This document shows, one piece after another, positions 35,995 to 44,189 of a DNA stretch of 64,000 bases. This stretch comes from an uncultured bacterium. Its GTDB lineage: Bacteria; Chloroflexota; UBA5177; JANWHV01. A model generated the notes under the pieces. That model worked only from the letters and a program-made list of their open reading frames with translations. It made no database searches and was not told where the DNA came from. Position 1 is the first letter of the stretch, and every line of letters begins with the position of its first letter. Both the position numbers and the translations under genes were made by a program. The stretch spans positions 1,216,001-1,280,000 of the forward strand of contig CAWHAE010000012.1 in assembly GCA_963827235.1 (NCBI GenBank). Reading direction: 5' to 3'.

Positions 35995-38778
35995 TCAGTC
36001 ATGTTGACCGGCGATCTCCAATTCCACGCTGACGATCGCTTTGGCTTCTACCACCAGATCGATCGTCTCGCCGTCTGCCACGGGCACGGATCGCAGGCGA
36101 CGCTCTTCGAGCGAGATCACGTACGCCCCTGCCAGAGGCAGCAGGCTCGTCAGAGTAGCACGGCATGGAGCGGATGCCGGGTTGTAGAAGCGAGCCACGA
36201 CGCCCTGGCGCTCCTCGGCCCGCTTGAAGGCCGACAAGACGAGGGTGCCCCCGTGAATGCGCAGGAAGCTGGCCCCGGCCGGAAGCCTCCCGCGAAACGG
36301 AGCGGACAGGGCAGGGCCGTGAGTGCCGAGGACGGCATGCAGCGGTGTTACGAATTCATGCGCCCATCGCGCCGCTGTTGCCCAGCTACCCGCGTGCGGC
36401 ACGAGAGCGTACTCGGCCGACCACTGCCCGAGGCATTGGGCATCGGGCGTAGGAAATACACCCCAATCTCCCACGTGCCCTACGGAGCGCAGCAGGGTGA
36501 GGGTCACGGTACGCGCGTCGTCGCGCAGCACCTCATATTCCGGCAGCCCACGGTTGGCAAGCAGCAGCCCGCGCCTGCCGTCCGAGAGGTCGACAAACGC
36601 CTGCTGCGGCTGGCTGTCGGTGGCGCTCTGCCAGCCGGACCACGGGGTAATCGGTCGCTCCACGACGTCGAAGGCGCTGTCCACCGAGCACAGGTCTGTC
36701 TTCACTTCGCTGGGGAACAGCGCGCGCAGCCGGTGGTCGCGCGCCTGGTTGTCGAAGCGGCACGCGATCTCCACGGCATGCCCGCCCGCGCTCAAGCGTA
36801 CGGCCGTGACCAGGTCCAGCGTCACCGTCTCTTGCGAGCGCCGCTCGCCTCGGCCCGGATCCGGCGGCTCGGCGTGTGCGGGCACCGCGAGCGCCTGCCC
36901 TATGATCAGGCAACCCCAGACGGGCGTCGCCTCGGCCGTGACATACCTCACCGGTACGCCCGACGTGGTCAGAATGGTCTCGCGCGCGGGAGCACGGTAC
37001 ACGTATTCGTCGCCCACGTCACCGCAGTCCTCGTAGACGTTCAGCCCGCAGTACCGCTCCCCTGTCGACTTGTCGGTCAGCGAGAGGGATCCGTCCGACG
37101 CCACGTCCACCCGCAGATGCTCGTTTTCGAGCCAATCGGGCCCCACGCGTACGTCGTGCGTTTCCGAGCCGGCAGCCGTGTCCGGCGACTCGCCCGCGCC
37201 GGACAGGTACAGCAACTCGTAGCCCAGACCGGGCACGGCGGGTGCGACAGCGCGCACTCGGACTCGCCTGGCATAGTACGGCTGCCGGCTGCGATCGGGC
37301 GGCAGCTCGTAGTCCCAGACCACGCCCAGGTCCTCGATCGTGGCAGGCAGCAGCGATCCGTCATGCTTCCAGAGGCGCAGGTCGGCCGCGTCCACATCCG
37401 CCAGCTCACGGGCATCGGATATCGGGCCGGGCGGGCTGGCGCAAGCGCGGCGCGCGAGGTCGAGCTCGACGTCGAATTGCCCGCCCCGCGGCCAGGCCAG
37501 CGTGTTCACGAGCAGAATCGGCCACGAGCCCGCCGGCGTGTGACACTCCGCGACGACAGCGGCGGCGAGGGCGGCCGCGGCCTCTCGTGCCACCAGGCGG
37601 GACACCTCAAGGCTGTCGCGGAAGCGCGGCAGCATGTCATCGTGCACCTCGTCCGTGCTGCATCCGCAGATACTGTCATGGGGCTGGTTCTGCAGAAGGC
37701 GCGCCCAGGAATAGCGCAGGAGGTCGTACGGATAGGGCGCGCCGCACAGATTGGCCAGGGTGGCGAGCGGCTCCGCGTAGTGCTCGAGCACGATCTGCGC
37801 GTCGTGGTTCAGGCGTTTCAGGTACAGCCGCGACGACGCCGTATTCGCCAAGGTCGTACGCCCGTCGGTCCCCTGCCCGCGAAGCTCCCCGATCACGGTG
37901 AAGAGGCTGGACGACTCGAGCGCCGTGCGCAGGGCGGCGACGTAGCCGAGGATGCTGTCTTGCACCGCGAGATCGGGCGCCAGGGCGGCGGCGGCATCGG
38001 CGAGAGCGGTGGAGAGATCGGCCTGCACCGGTTGATGATCCATGCCGTTCATCAGTAGCAGGTGGCGAGTCGAGGCGAAGGGCGCCACGGTGTCGCGGAT
38101 GCAGCGCAGGCGCGCCGCGGCCGCGTCGGTGCCGGTCGGCAGCTCCGCCGCGTTGTTGTACCAGGTGGCCAGCATGATGCCCAGCACGGAGGAGCCATCG
38201 GGTGCCTGCCAGGTCACCTCAGAACGGAGCGGCCCGGGCTGCAGCCCGTCGGCAGTCTCGATCAGCAGGGGAAGACCACGGCCGAAGATCGCATTGTCGA
38301 TCTCGAAGCCTCTCAGGATCTGAGGCATCTGCGAAACGTGCCCAAAGCTGTCCGGTAGATAGCCCGTGCGCGCGGCCCCGCCGTACGCGCGGCTGGCCAG
38401 TATGCCTCGCAGAAGGTTGCGCACCAGGGCCTCGCCGCTGACCAGGAACTCATCGGGCTGCACGTACCACGGCCCGACGATCAGGCGCCCCGCGCGTGCC
38501 TGGCGCTCCAGGTCGGGAGCACGCTCGGGACGAATCTCCAGGTAGTCGTCCAGGATGATGGTCTGTCCATCGAGGTGGAAGCTGGTGAACGAGGGATCGC
38601 GGTCCAGCAGATCCTGCACGGAGTCGAGCAGCGCCACCAGGCGGGCGCGATGCCGCTGGAACGGCATATACCATTCGCGGTCCCAATGCGAGTGAGCGAC
38701 CACATGCATGACGAAACCGGGCGTCGTGGGCGCGCCGGGCGCGCTCGAATCGTCATCCTGGATACTCTCCAGCATCAC
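35995..38778 (-). CDS. Glycoside hydrolase family 38 alpha-mannosidase (MngB-like subgroup)
   Basis: HSHWDREWY, FHLDGQT, GPWYVQPDEFLVSGEALVRN, YLPDSFGH, MNGMDHQ, QNQPHDSICGCSTDEVH, 'DHRLR', 'GLPEYE..TLLRSVG'. Confidence 0.94.
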   Translation of the reverse strand: MMLESIQDDDSSAPGAPTTPGFVMHVVAHSHWDREWYMPFQRHRARLVALLDSVQDLLDRDPSFTSFHLDGQTIILDDYLEIRPERAPDLERQARAGRLIVGPWYVQPDEFLVSGEALVRNLLRGILASRAYGGAARTGYLPDSFGHVSQMPQILRGFEIDNAIFGRGLPLLIETADGLQPGPLRSEVTWQAPDGSSVLGIMLATWYNNAAELPTGTDAAAARLRCIRDTVAPFASTRHLLLMNGMDHQPVQADLSTALADAAAALAPDLAVQDSILGYVAALRTALESSSLFTVIGELRGQGTDGRTTLANTASSRLYLKRLNHDAQIVLEHYAEPLATLANLCGAPYPYDLLRYSWARLLQNQPHDSICGCSTDEVHDDMLPRFRDSLEVSRLVAREAAAALAAAVVAECHTPAGSWPILLVNTLAWPRGGQFDVELDLARRACASPPGPISDARELADVDAADLRLWKHDGSLLPATIEDLGVVWDYELPPDRSRQPYYARRVRVRAVAPAVPGLGYELLYLSGAGESPDTAAGSETHDVRVGPDWLENEHLRVDVASDGSLSLTDKSTGERYCGLNVYEDCGDVGDEYVYRAPARETILTTSGVPVRYVTAEATPVWGCLIIGQALAVPAHAEPPDPGRGERRSQETVTLDLVTAVRLSAGGHAVEIACRFDNQARDHRLRALFPSEVKTDLCSVDSAFDVVERPITPWSGWQSATDSQPQQAFVDLSDGRRGLLLANRGLPEYEVLRDDARTVTLTLLRSVGHVGDWGVFPTPDAQCLGQWSAEYALVPHAGSWATAARWAHEFVTPLHAVLGTHGPALSAPFRGRLPAGASFLRIHGGTLVLSAFKRAEERQGVVARFYNPASAPCRATLTSLLPLAGAYVISLEERRLRSVPVADGETIDLVVEAKAIVSVELEIAGQHD

Positions 38779-38796
38779 GGGCGAAACCCCCCTATG

Positions 38797-39921
38797 TCAT
38801 CGAGAGCTTACTTGGAGCTGCGGCAGCTCTTCGACGCTCGTCGAAACGGTGACCGGCAACACCACGTGGCGCAACGACGGCTCGACTGTCCCACTCAGCT
38901 GGTCGAGCAGAATATGCATCGCCTGGGTGCCTATCTCGTACGAAGGCAGCGTGACTGACATGGCGCCCGAGGCTCGGACAACGTCGAAGTTCGCATTATC
39001 CATAGAGGCCATCGCGGCCTCTTCCGGAACGTGGACTCCCAGGCCGATCAGGTCGGAGGTCACGGCGGCGAGGCCCACGTCGCTGTTCACCGTCAGATAG
39101 GCAGTGGGCCGATACGGCGCGCTCAGCCACGAGCTCAAGCGCGCGCGGCGCTCCTCGACAGGCAGGCCGGTGTATGGGCGCAAGGCGACCAGCTCCGGCA
39201 CAATGGGCATGCCGTTTGCCTTGAGCGCCTGCATGTGTCCGATCACGCGATCGCGGACGCTGGTGCAATCCACCTGCGCGAGGATCGTGGCGATGCTTCG
39301 ATGCCCCTGACGAATCAGCGCCTCCGTCAGCTCGTAGCCGATCGCAAAGTCGTCCGCCACCACCACGTTCGTCGGCAGGGCCGGGTAGTAGCGATCTACC
39401 AGCACGAGCGGCACGCCGTCGCGCATGAGTGCTTCGAAATGCGTCATGTTAGCATGGCTATCGACGGGATAGACGATCAGCCCATGCACGCCGACATTGC
39501 GGGCGCGGGCCAGATTGATCAGCTCCGTGTGGGCCGATCCGCCCGAATCGAAGAGTAAGAGATGATAGTCGGCCGCGCGGCAGACGTTCTCGATACCCCG
39601 CACGATCGCCATCGGATGGTTGCCGTGCAGCTCGTCGATGATGCAGGCGATCAGGCGCGTGCTGCCGTCGGGCGCCCGAGCAGCCGACGGGTCCAGCTGC
39701 GGCGCCGTCACGAAGGTGCCGCGACCGCGTTGGCGCGATAGAACCCCCTCGTGCATGAGGTCGTTGAGAGCGCGGATAGCAGTGGCGCGGCTCACCTCGA
39801 ATCGGCGGCAAATCTCGCTCTCGGTGACGAAAGGACGATCGATCGGATACGCGCCGCGCTTGATCTCTTCAAGCAGCGCCAACTTGATGCGCTGGTAAAC
39901 GGGGACGGTCGCAGCGGACAT
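38797..39921 (-). CDS. GntR-family regulator with LacI-type sugar-binding domain
   Basis: 'PVYQRIK...TESEICRRFEVSRATAIRALNDL...RGRGTFV', 'PLVLVDRY', 'SVRDRVIG'. Confidence 0.92.
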   Translation of the reverse strand: MSAATVPVYQRIKLALLEEIKRGAYPIDRPFVTESEICRRFEVSRATAIRALNDLMHEGVLSRQRGRGTFVTAPQLDPSAARAPDGSTRLIACIIDELHGNHPMAIVRGIENVCRAADYHLLLFDSGGSAHTELINLARARNVGVHGLIVYPVDSHANMTHFEALMRDGVPLVLVDRYYPALPTNVVVADDFAIGYELTEALIRQGHRSIATILAQVDCTSVRDRVIGHMQALKANGMPIVPELVALRPYTGLPVEERRARLSSWLSAPYRPTAYLTVNSDVGLAAVTSDLIGLGVHVPEEAAMASMDNANFDVVRASGAMSVTLPSYEIGTQAMHILLDQLSGTVEPSLRHVVLPVTVSTSVEELPQLQVSSR

Positions 39922-39958
39922 GTATGAGCACCATCCTTCATTGAGCGGGCCGGACACC

Positions 39959-39987
39959 ATAGTATGATATTCCTTTGCGCTTGGCAA
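39959..39987 (-). promoter_or_regulatory. Sigma70-type promoter TTGCCA-N17-TACTAT for the regulator/GH38 unit
   Basis: Minus strand reads TTGCCA agcgcaaaggaatatca TACTAT, about 40 nt before the ATG at 39921. Confidence 0.55.
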
Positions 39988-40264
39988 GAGGGTGCGGCGA
40001 CACGACCGGCTGAATATTGACCGGTTATTCTGGCTGCGTACCAACCAATTACACATCATTCTGGATGTGACCCACAGCCCGTCGGTCCCGGATGCAGGCT
40101 GCCGAGCCGGCATGGCAGCCTGCTAGAGCATACCTGCCGCCGGCACAGAGCCCATCGTGCTCGATTCCGGTCACGAGAGCCGGCAGGGTGCCGGTGATCC
40201 GTGGCTGGAGAATGATGATAATTGAGCTGACAACTTGACCGCCAAGCAGTGAGGTCAAACAATA

Positions 40265-40293
40265 TTGACAGTGCAGATGGCACGTGCTATTGT
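40265..40293 (+). promoter_or_regulatory. Sigma70-type promoter TTGACA-N17-TATTGT for the ABC/GH operon
   Basis: TTGACA at 40265-40270 and TATTGT at 40288-40293. Confidence 0.6.
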
Positions 40294-40660
40294 CTTACTG
40301 CCTGTGCTGCACACTCAAATTCTGTAGGTATCGTGTGGGCACGGAGGTCGATATTGTCCGGTGGATATTCTGGCAGGGCAGGTTGTGCCGGCCTGGGTTC
40401 GGGAAGGGGGTGAGTCCTCCGGCAGCGTTCTGGTAGCACTGAGTCTGGTTGAGACACTTCGTGCCCGGGAGCCATCTTTCGCGCGGTTGCGGCCGCGGCC
40501 GCTCGCCTCCTCACAGCGAGGGCACCGCGAGCACCCCGGCAGGCCTGTTGTTATACATCGCTTGGGCAACGCGGCCACCGTGCGGTTACGCAGGCGGATT
40601 TGCCTTCCACCCCGAAGTACCAATGCCGGTGCTTCCAATTCCAAAGGGGGTACGTGACCA

Positions 40661-42106
40661 ATGGCATCATGCACTCGGCGCAGTTTCCTCACGAAATCAG
40701 CGGCGGTGGCCGGCGCGGTCGCCGGGGCCGGCGCGTTGACGGAGCTGGGTCAGCTCGGCCGGGCCGAGGCGGCCGCAAGTAGCGGCGTGGCGCTCACGAT
40801 GTGGACATGGAAAGTATTCCACGTGCCTGCCTGGAAGGCCGTGGCCGCGGCCTTCCAGGCCAAGACCGGTGTCTCTGTCACTGTCCAGGCATATCAACCC
40901 GATCCGCTGTATCGAACCAAGCTGGCCGCGGCGGGCTCCAGCAAGTCTCTGCCCGACATCATCTCGTATTGGAGCAGTGACTATTCCCCAGCTGCTAATG
41001 GTTGGTGGATGGATCTGACCGGCAAAGTCGACGGCTCAATATACTTGCCGGGAACCTACGACACGAGCTCCGTGGTCACTCAGTCGACCTACACCACCTG
41101 GGCCGCGGATCCAAAAGACAACAAGGCCAAGCTGACCCTTAAGGTCGGCCACGCCTACTCCCTGCCTGCGCTGGCAGGCTCGCCGAACTTCATGTTCTTC
41201 AACAAGGCCATGCGCAAGAAGGCCGGCCTGAACCCTGACGTACCGCCAGCCAGTTTCGAGGAGCTCATCTCCGACTTGCAGGCGATCACCAAGGCCGGTC
41301 AGCCGGGATTCGCCGCGGGCGTCAAGAACCACGACGTGCCGGAATTCTGGATTCTCAACCCGGCGTACCTGCAGCTGGTTGGGCAGCAGGCGTTTGCCGA
41401 CTCACTTGTGGGGTGGTCGTCGCTCAACAATCCCCATTACGTGTACATGCTCGAGATGTTCAAGCAGTTGGCTACCGACAAGCTATGGGTGCCCGGCGTG
41501 ACCCAGATCGACATCGATCCGGCCGACTCGTACTTTGCCTCCGGGCGTTCCTCGCTGGATGTAGGCGGCACGTACTCCCGCGCGGCAATCCTCCAGCTGG
41601 GCATGTCGGGTGACAACGTCCTCACCTTCAACGTGCCGGGGCCTAAGGGCAGCGTCATAAAGAAGTTCATCAACGCGGCGTTCTCGCTCATCGACATGGG
41701 CATCAACCCCGCGACGCAGCACCCCGACGAAGCGCTGGCCTGGCTCAAGTACGCCACTGGACCCGAGGGCGCGGCCATTTTCGCCAAGATTGCCGGGGAC
41801 CTGCCCGCGGCGCAGCTGCCTGCCGATCCCAAGCTCGTGGGGCCGAGCGTGGCCAGCCTGCTCAGCTTCTTCCCCAAGCTTCCCAAGGGCACGAAGGGCA
41901 CGTTCAACGCCATTCCAGGCCCGTACCAGTCGATACCTGGCGGCGTTGGCACTCCCGGTGAGCTGCTCGAGAACGATCTGCAGGCGCTGCTGCTCGGTCA
42001 AGGTGACCCGGCGACCATGGCGGCGGGCGTGCAGGCGGCGCTCACTGCGTATAACAAGAAGACGTACGCAAAGACCGGTAAGCCGCCGCGGGCGGCCATC
42101 GGCTAG
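40661..42106 (+). CDS. Extracellular solute-binding protein (CUT1) with Tat signal
   Basis: TRRSFL motif, AEA cleavage site, no lipobox. 'LPDII', 'AYSLP...FFNK', 'PPASFEEL', 'HPDEALAWLKY'. Confidence 0.88.
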   Translation: MASCTRRSFLTKSAAVAGAVAGAGALTELGQLGRAEAAASSGVALTMWTWKVFHVPAWKAVAAAFQAKTGVSVTVQAYQPDPLYRTKLAAAGSSKSLPDIISYWSSDYSPAANGWWMDLTGKVDGSIYLPGTYDTSSVVTQSTYTTWAADPKDNKAKLTLKVGHAYSLPALAGSPNFMFFNKAMRKKAGLNPDVPPASFEELISDLQAITKAGQPGFAAGVKNHDVPEFWILNPAYLQLVGQQAFADSLVGWSSLNNPHYVYMLEMFKQLATDKLWVPGVTQIDIDPADSYFASGRSSLDVGGTYSRAAILQLGMSGDNVLTFNVPGPKGSVIKKFINAAFSLIDMGINPATQHPDEALAWLKYATGPEGAAIFAKIAGDLPAAQLPADPKLVGPSVASLLSFFPKLPKGTKGTFNAIPGPYQSIPGGVGTPGELLENDLQALLLGQGDPATMAAGVQAALTAYNKKTYAKTGKPPRAAIG

Positions 42107-42130
42107 CACGGCGGCCCGGCACGTAGCGCG

Positions 42131-42169
42131 AGCCAGGCCGGCCACCTTGGCAGGTTGGCCGGCCTGGCT
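42131..42169 (+). terminator. 14-bp hairpin after the SBP gene
   Basis: AGCCAGGCCGGCCA-N11-TGGCCGGCCTGGCT followed by TATT. Confidence 0.55.
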
Positions 42170-42218
42170 TATTGCAGACGCTTGCGATCTTTCCACTCGA
42201 TAGGGAGGGAACGCGAAC

Positions 42219-43214
42219 ATGATGGTTCGCCCGGGAGAGTCCGCCGGCCTTTCTTCGCCCGGTTCACAGCGCCTAACGCGCCCGCGGCGTCTGCCAAAGC
42301 AATGGTGGGTAGGTTACCTATTTATCCTCCCTGCTGTGGTGCTCTTCATGCTTGTCGGCGCCTACACCGTCTACAGGTCGCTCAGACTGGCATTCTCGAG
42401 CTGGGATGGATACTCGCCCACCATGACCTGGGTAGGCCTTGACAACTTCAAGCAGTTTCTGGGCGCCAATTCGGTCTTGACGGGCGAATTCGATCAGGCG
42501 TTCCTGCACAACCTGTTTCTCTGCCTGGTCGTCCCCGCGGCCTCCTGCCTGATTGGCCTCGCACTGGCCCTGCTCCTGAACCGGGCAGGAATCTTCATCT
42601 ACCTTCTCCGCACAGCCTACTTCTTGCCGGTGGTGTGCAGCGGTGTGGCGACACTCTACACCTGGCAGCTGCTGTACCAGCCAGGGGCAGGGGGGGTCAT
42701 CGGTAACCTGCTCACTGCGGTTGGGCTAGGCGCCCTGGTGCCCTACAACGGCTTTCTGGGAGATACTTCGACGGCGCTGCCGGCAGTGACCGTGGTGTTC
42801 ATCTGGAGCGCCGCCCCCTTGGCGATGCTGATCTACCTTGCCGGGCTGCAAACGATCTCGCCCGAGATCCTGGAGTGCGCCGAAATCGATGGGGCAAACG
42901 GATGGCAGCGCCTGTGGTTTATCATCTGGCCGATGCTGCTGCCGCTGACCGCGCTGCTGGTCATCATGTTCCTCAACACCTCAATCCAGGACTATCAGAC
43001 CGTGTTCCTCATGACGAACGGAAATCCCGCGAACGCGACGAACGTGGTGGGCCTCATCGTCTACAACTATGCCCAGAACATCGGGACCGCGGGTGGTGTG
43101 GGCGTAACCCAGTCGGGAGGCATGGGCCCCGGCGCCGCCATGGGCTGGTTCCTGGCGCTGCTGACGGCGATCGTGGCACTCATCCAATTGCGTGTGCTCC
43201 GCGCGCGGGACTGA
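42219..43214 (+). CDS. Carbohydrate ABC transporter permease (MalF-like)
   Basis: 'GYLFILPA', 'WVGLDNF', EAA-like ILECAEIDGA. Confidence 0.92.
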   Translation: MMVRPGESAGLSSPGSQRLTRPRRLPKQWWVGYLFILPAVVLFMLVGAYTVYRSLRLAFSSWDGYSPTMTWVGLDNFKQFLGANSVLTGEFDQAFLHNLFLCLVVPAASCLIGLALALLLNRAGIFIYLLRTAYFLPVVCSGVATLYTWQLLYQPGAGGVIGNLLTAVGLGALVPYNGFLGDTSTALPAVTVVFIWSAAPLAMLIYLAGLQTISPEILECAEIDGANGWQRLWFIIWPMLLPLTALLVIMFLNTSIQDYQTVFLMTNGNPANATNVVGLIVYNYAQNIGTAGGVGVTQSGGMGPGAAMGWFLALLTAIVALIQLRVLRARD

Positions 43215-43229
43215 AGGGGAGGCGTATCG

Positions 43230-44141
43230 ATGTCCACCGTTTCCAGGCGTTCGCGCTCGAGGATAGGCCGGGCCGGGCCACGCCAGCGGAGCGGACGCGT
43301 GCAGGCAAGCGTTTGGCGGCCGGGCTGGCACTGGCTCCTGGCGGTGCCTTTGCTCGTGTGGCTTGTGGTCTCGCTCCTCCCCTTCGTCTGGATGATCTCG
43401 ACCTCGCTGAAGAGTGCCAACGAGGCAGATACCAGCCTCTCGTTGTGGCCGCAGGATCCGGGCAAGGGCATCCAGGTGTTCGGGACCGTGTGGAACGACC
43501 TGCACTTCTTCCAGGAGAGCATCAACAGTCTGGTGATCGCCGCGGGCATCGTGGTGCTCACCTGGCTGGTGTACGGATTAGCCGGGTACGGGCTGGGCGT
43601 GCTGCGATTCCCCGGTCGCGACCAGGTTTTTCTGCTGTTTACGATGATGATCTTCGTGCCCGGCGTGACGATCTTGATTCCCTTGCTGGTGCTGCTGCGG
43701 AACCTGAACCTCGCTGGAACACCCTGGGGCATCATCTTGCCGATCGTGAATGGTGGGGGACCAATCGCCATCTTCTTGCTACGCAGCTATTTCCGCGGCA
43801 TCTCGCCGGAGATACGCGAGTCGGCGAAGATGGATGGGGCATCGGAGCTGCGTATCTGGGGCCAGATCTACATGCCTCTTGCACTCCCAGCACTGACATA
43901 CCTCGGTATTACCGGTTTCATGGCGGGGTTCAAGGAGCTGATCCTGCCGCTGCTCACCCTGACGAACGACAGCACGTACACCTTGACGCTCGGCGTGTAC
44001 TACCTGAACCAGACAGAGTTCGTGCAGTGGAACCTGGTCATGGCAGGGTCGCTGATACTGATCGTCCCTGTGCTGATCGTGTACTTGCTCTTCCAGCGCT
44101 ACTACATCCAGGGCTTGACGCTGGGAGCAGTCAGGGGTTAG
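43230..44141 (+). CDS. Carbohydrate ABC transporter permease (MalG-like)
   Basis: EAA-like IRESAKMDGA, 'FQRYYIQGL..GAVRG'. Confidence 0.92.
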   Translation: MSTVSRRSRSRIGRAGPRQRSGRVQASVWRPGWHWLLAVPLLVWLVVSLLPFVWMISTSLKSANEADTSLSLWPQDPGKGIQVFGTVWNDLHFFQESINSLVIAAGIVVLTWLVYGLAGYGLGVLRFPGRDQVFLLFTMMIFVPGVTILIPLLVLLRNLNLAGTPWGIILPIVNGGGPIAIFLLRSYFRGISPEIRESAKMDGASELRIWGQIYMPLALPALTYLGITGFMAGFKELILPLLTLTNDSTYTLTLGVYYLNQTEFVQWNLVMAGSLILIVPVLIVYLLFQRYYIQGLTLGAVRG

Positions 44142-44189
44142 TGGCCTGACGGGGATGAGTCAACACCATCGGAAAGTTGGTGGGCGACA

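Noticed and set aside
34619-38058. 462-aa and 688-aa plus-strand ORFs
   Set aside because: Antisense shadows of the epimerase and GH38 genes.
40400-40475. Cobalamin riboswitch-like GGGAAgggGGTGagTCC
   Set aside because: Missing the CCCxGCAACTGT and B12-box elements. Kept only as a generic structured leader.
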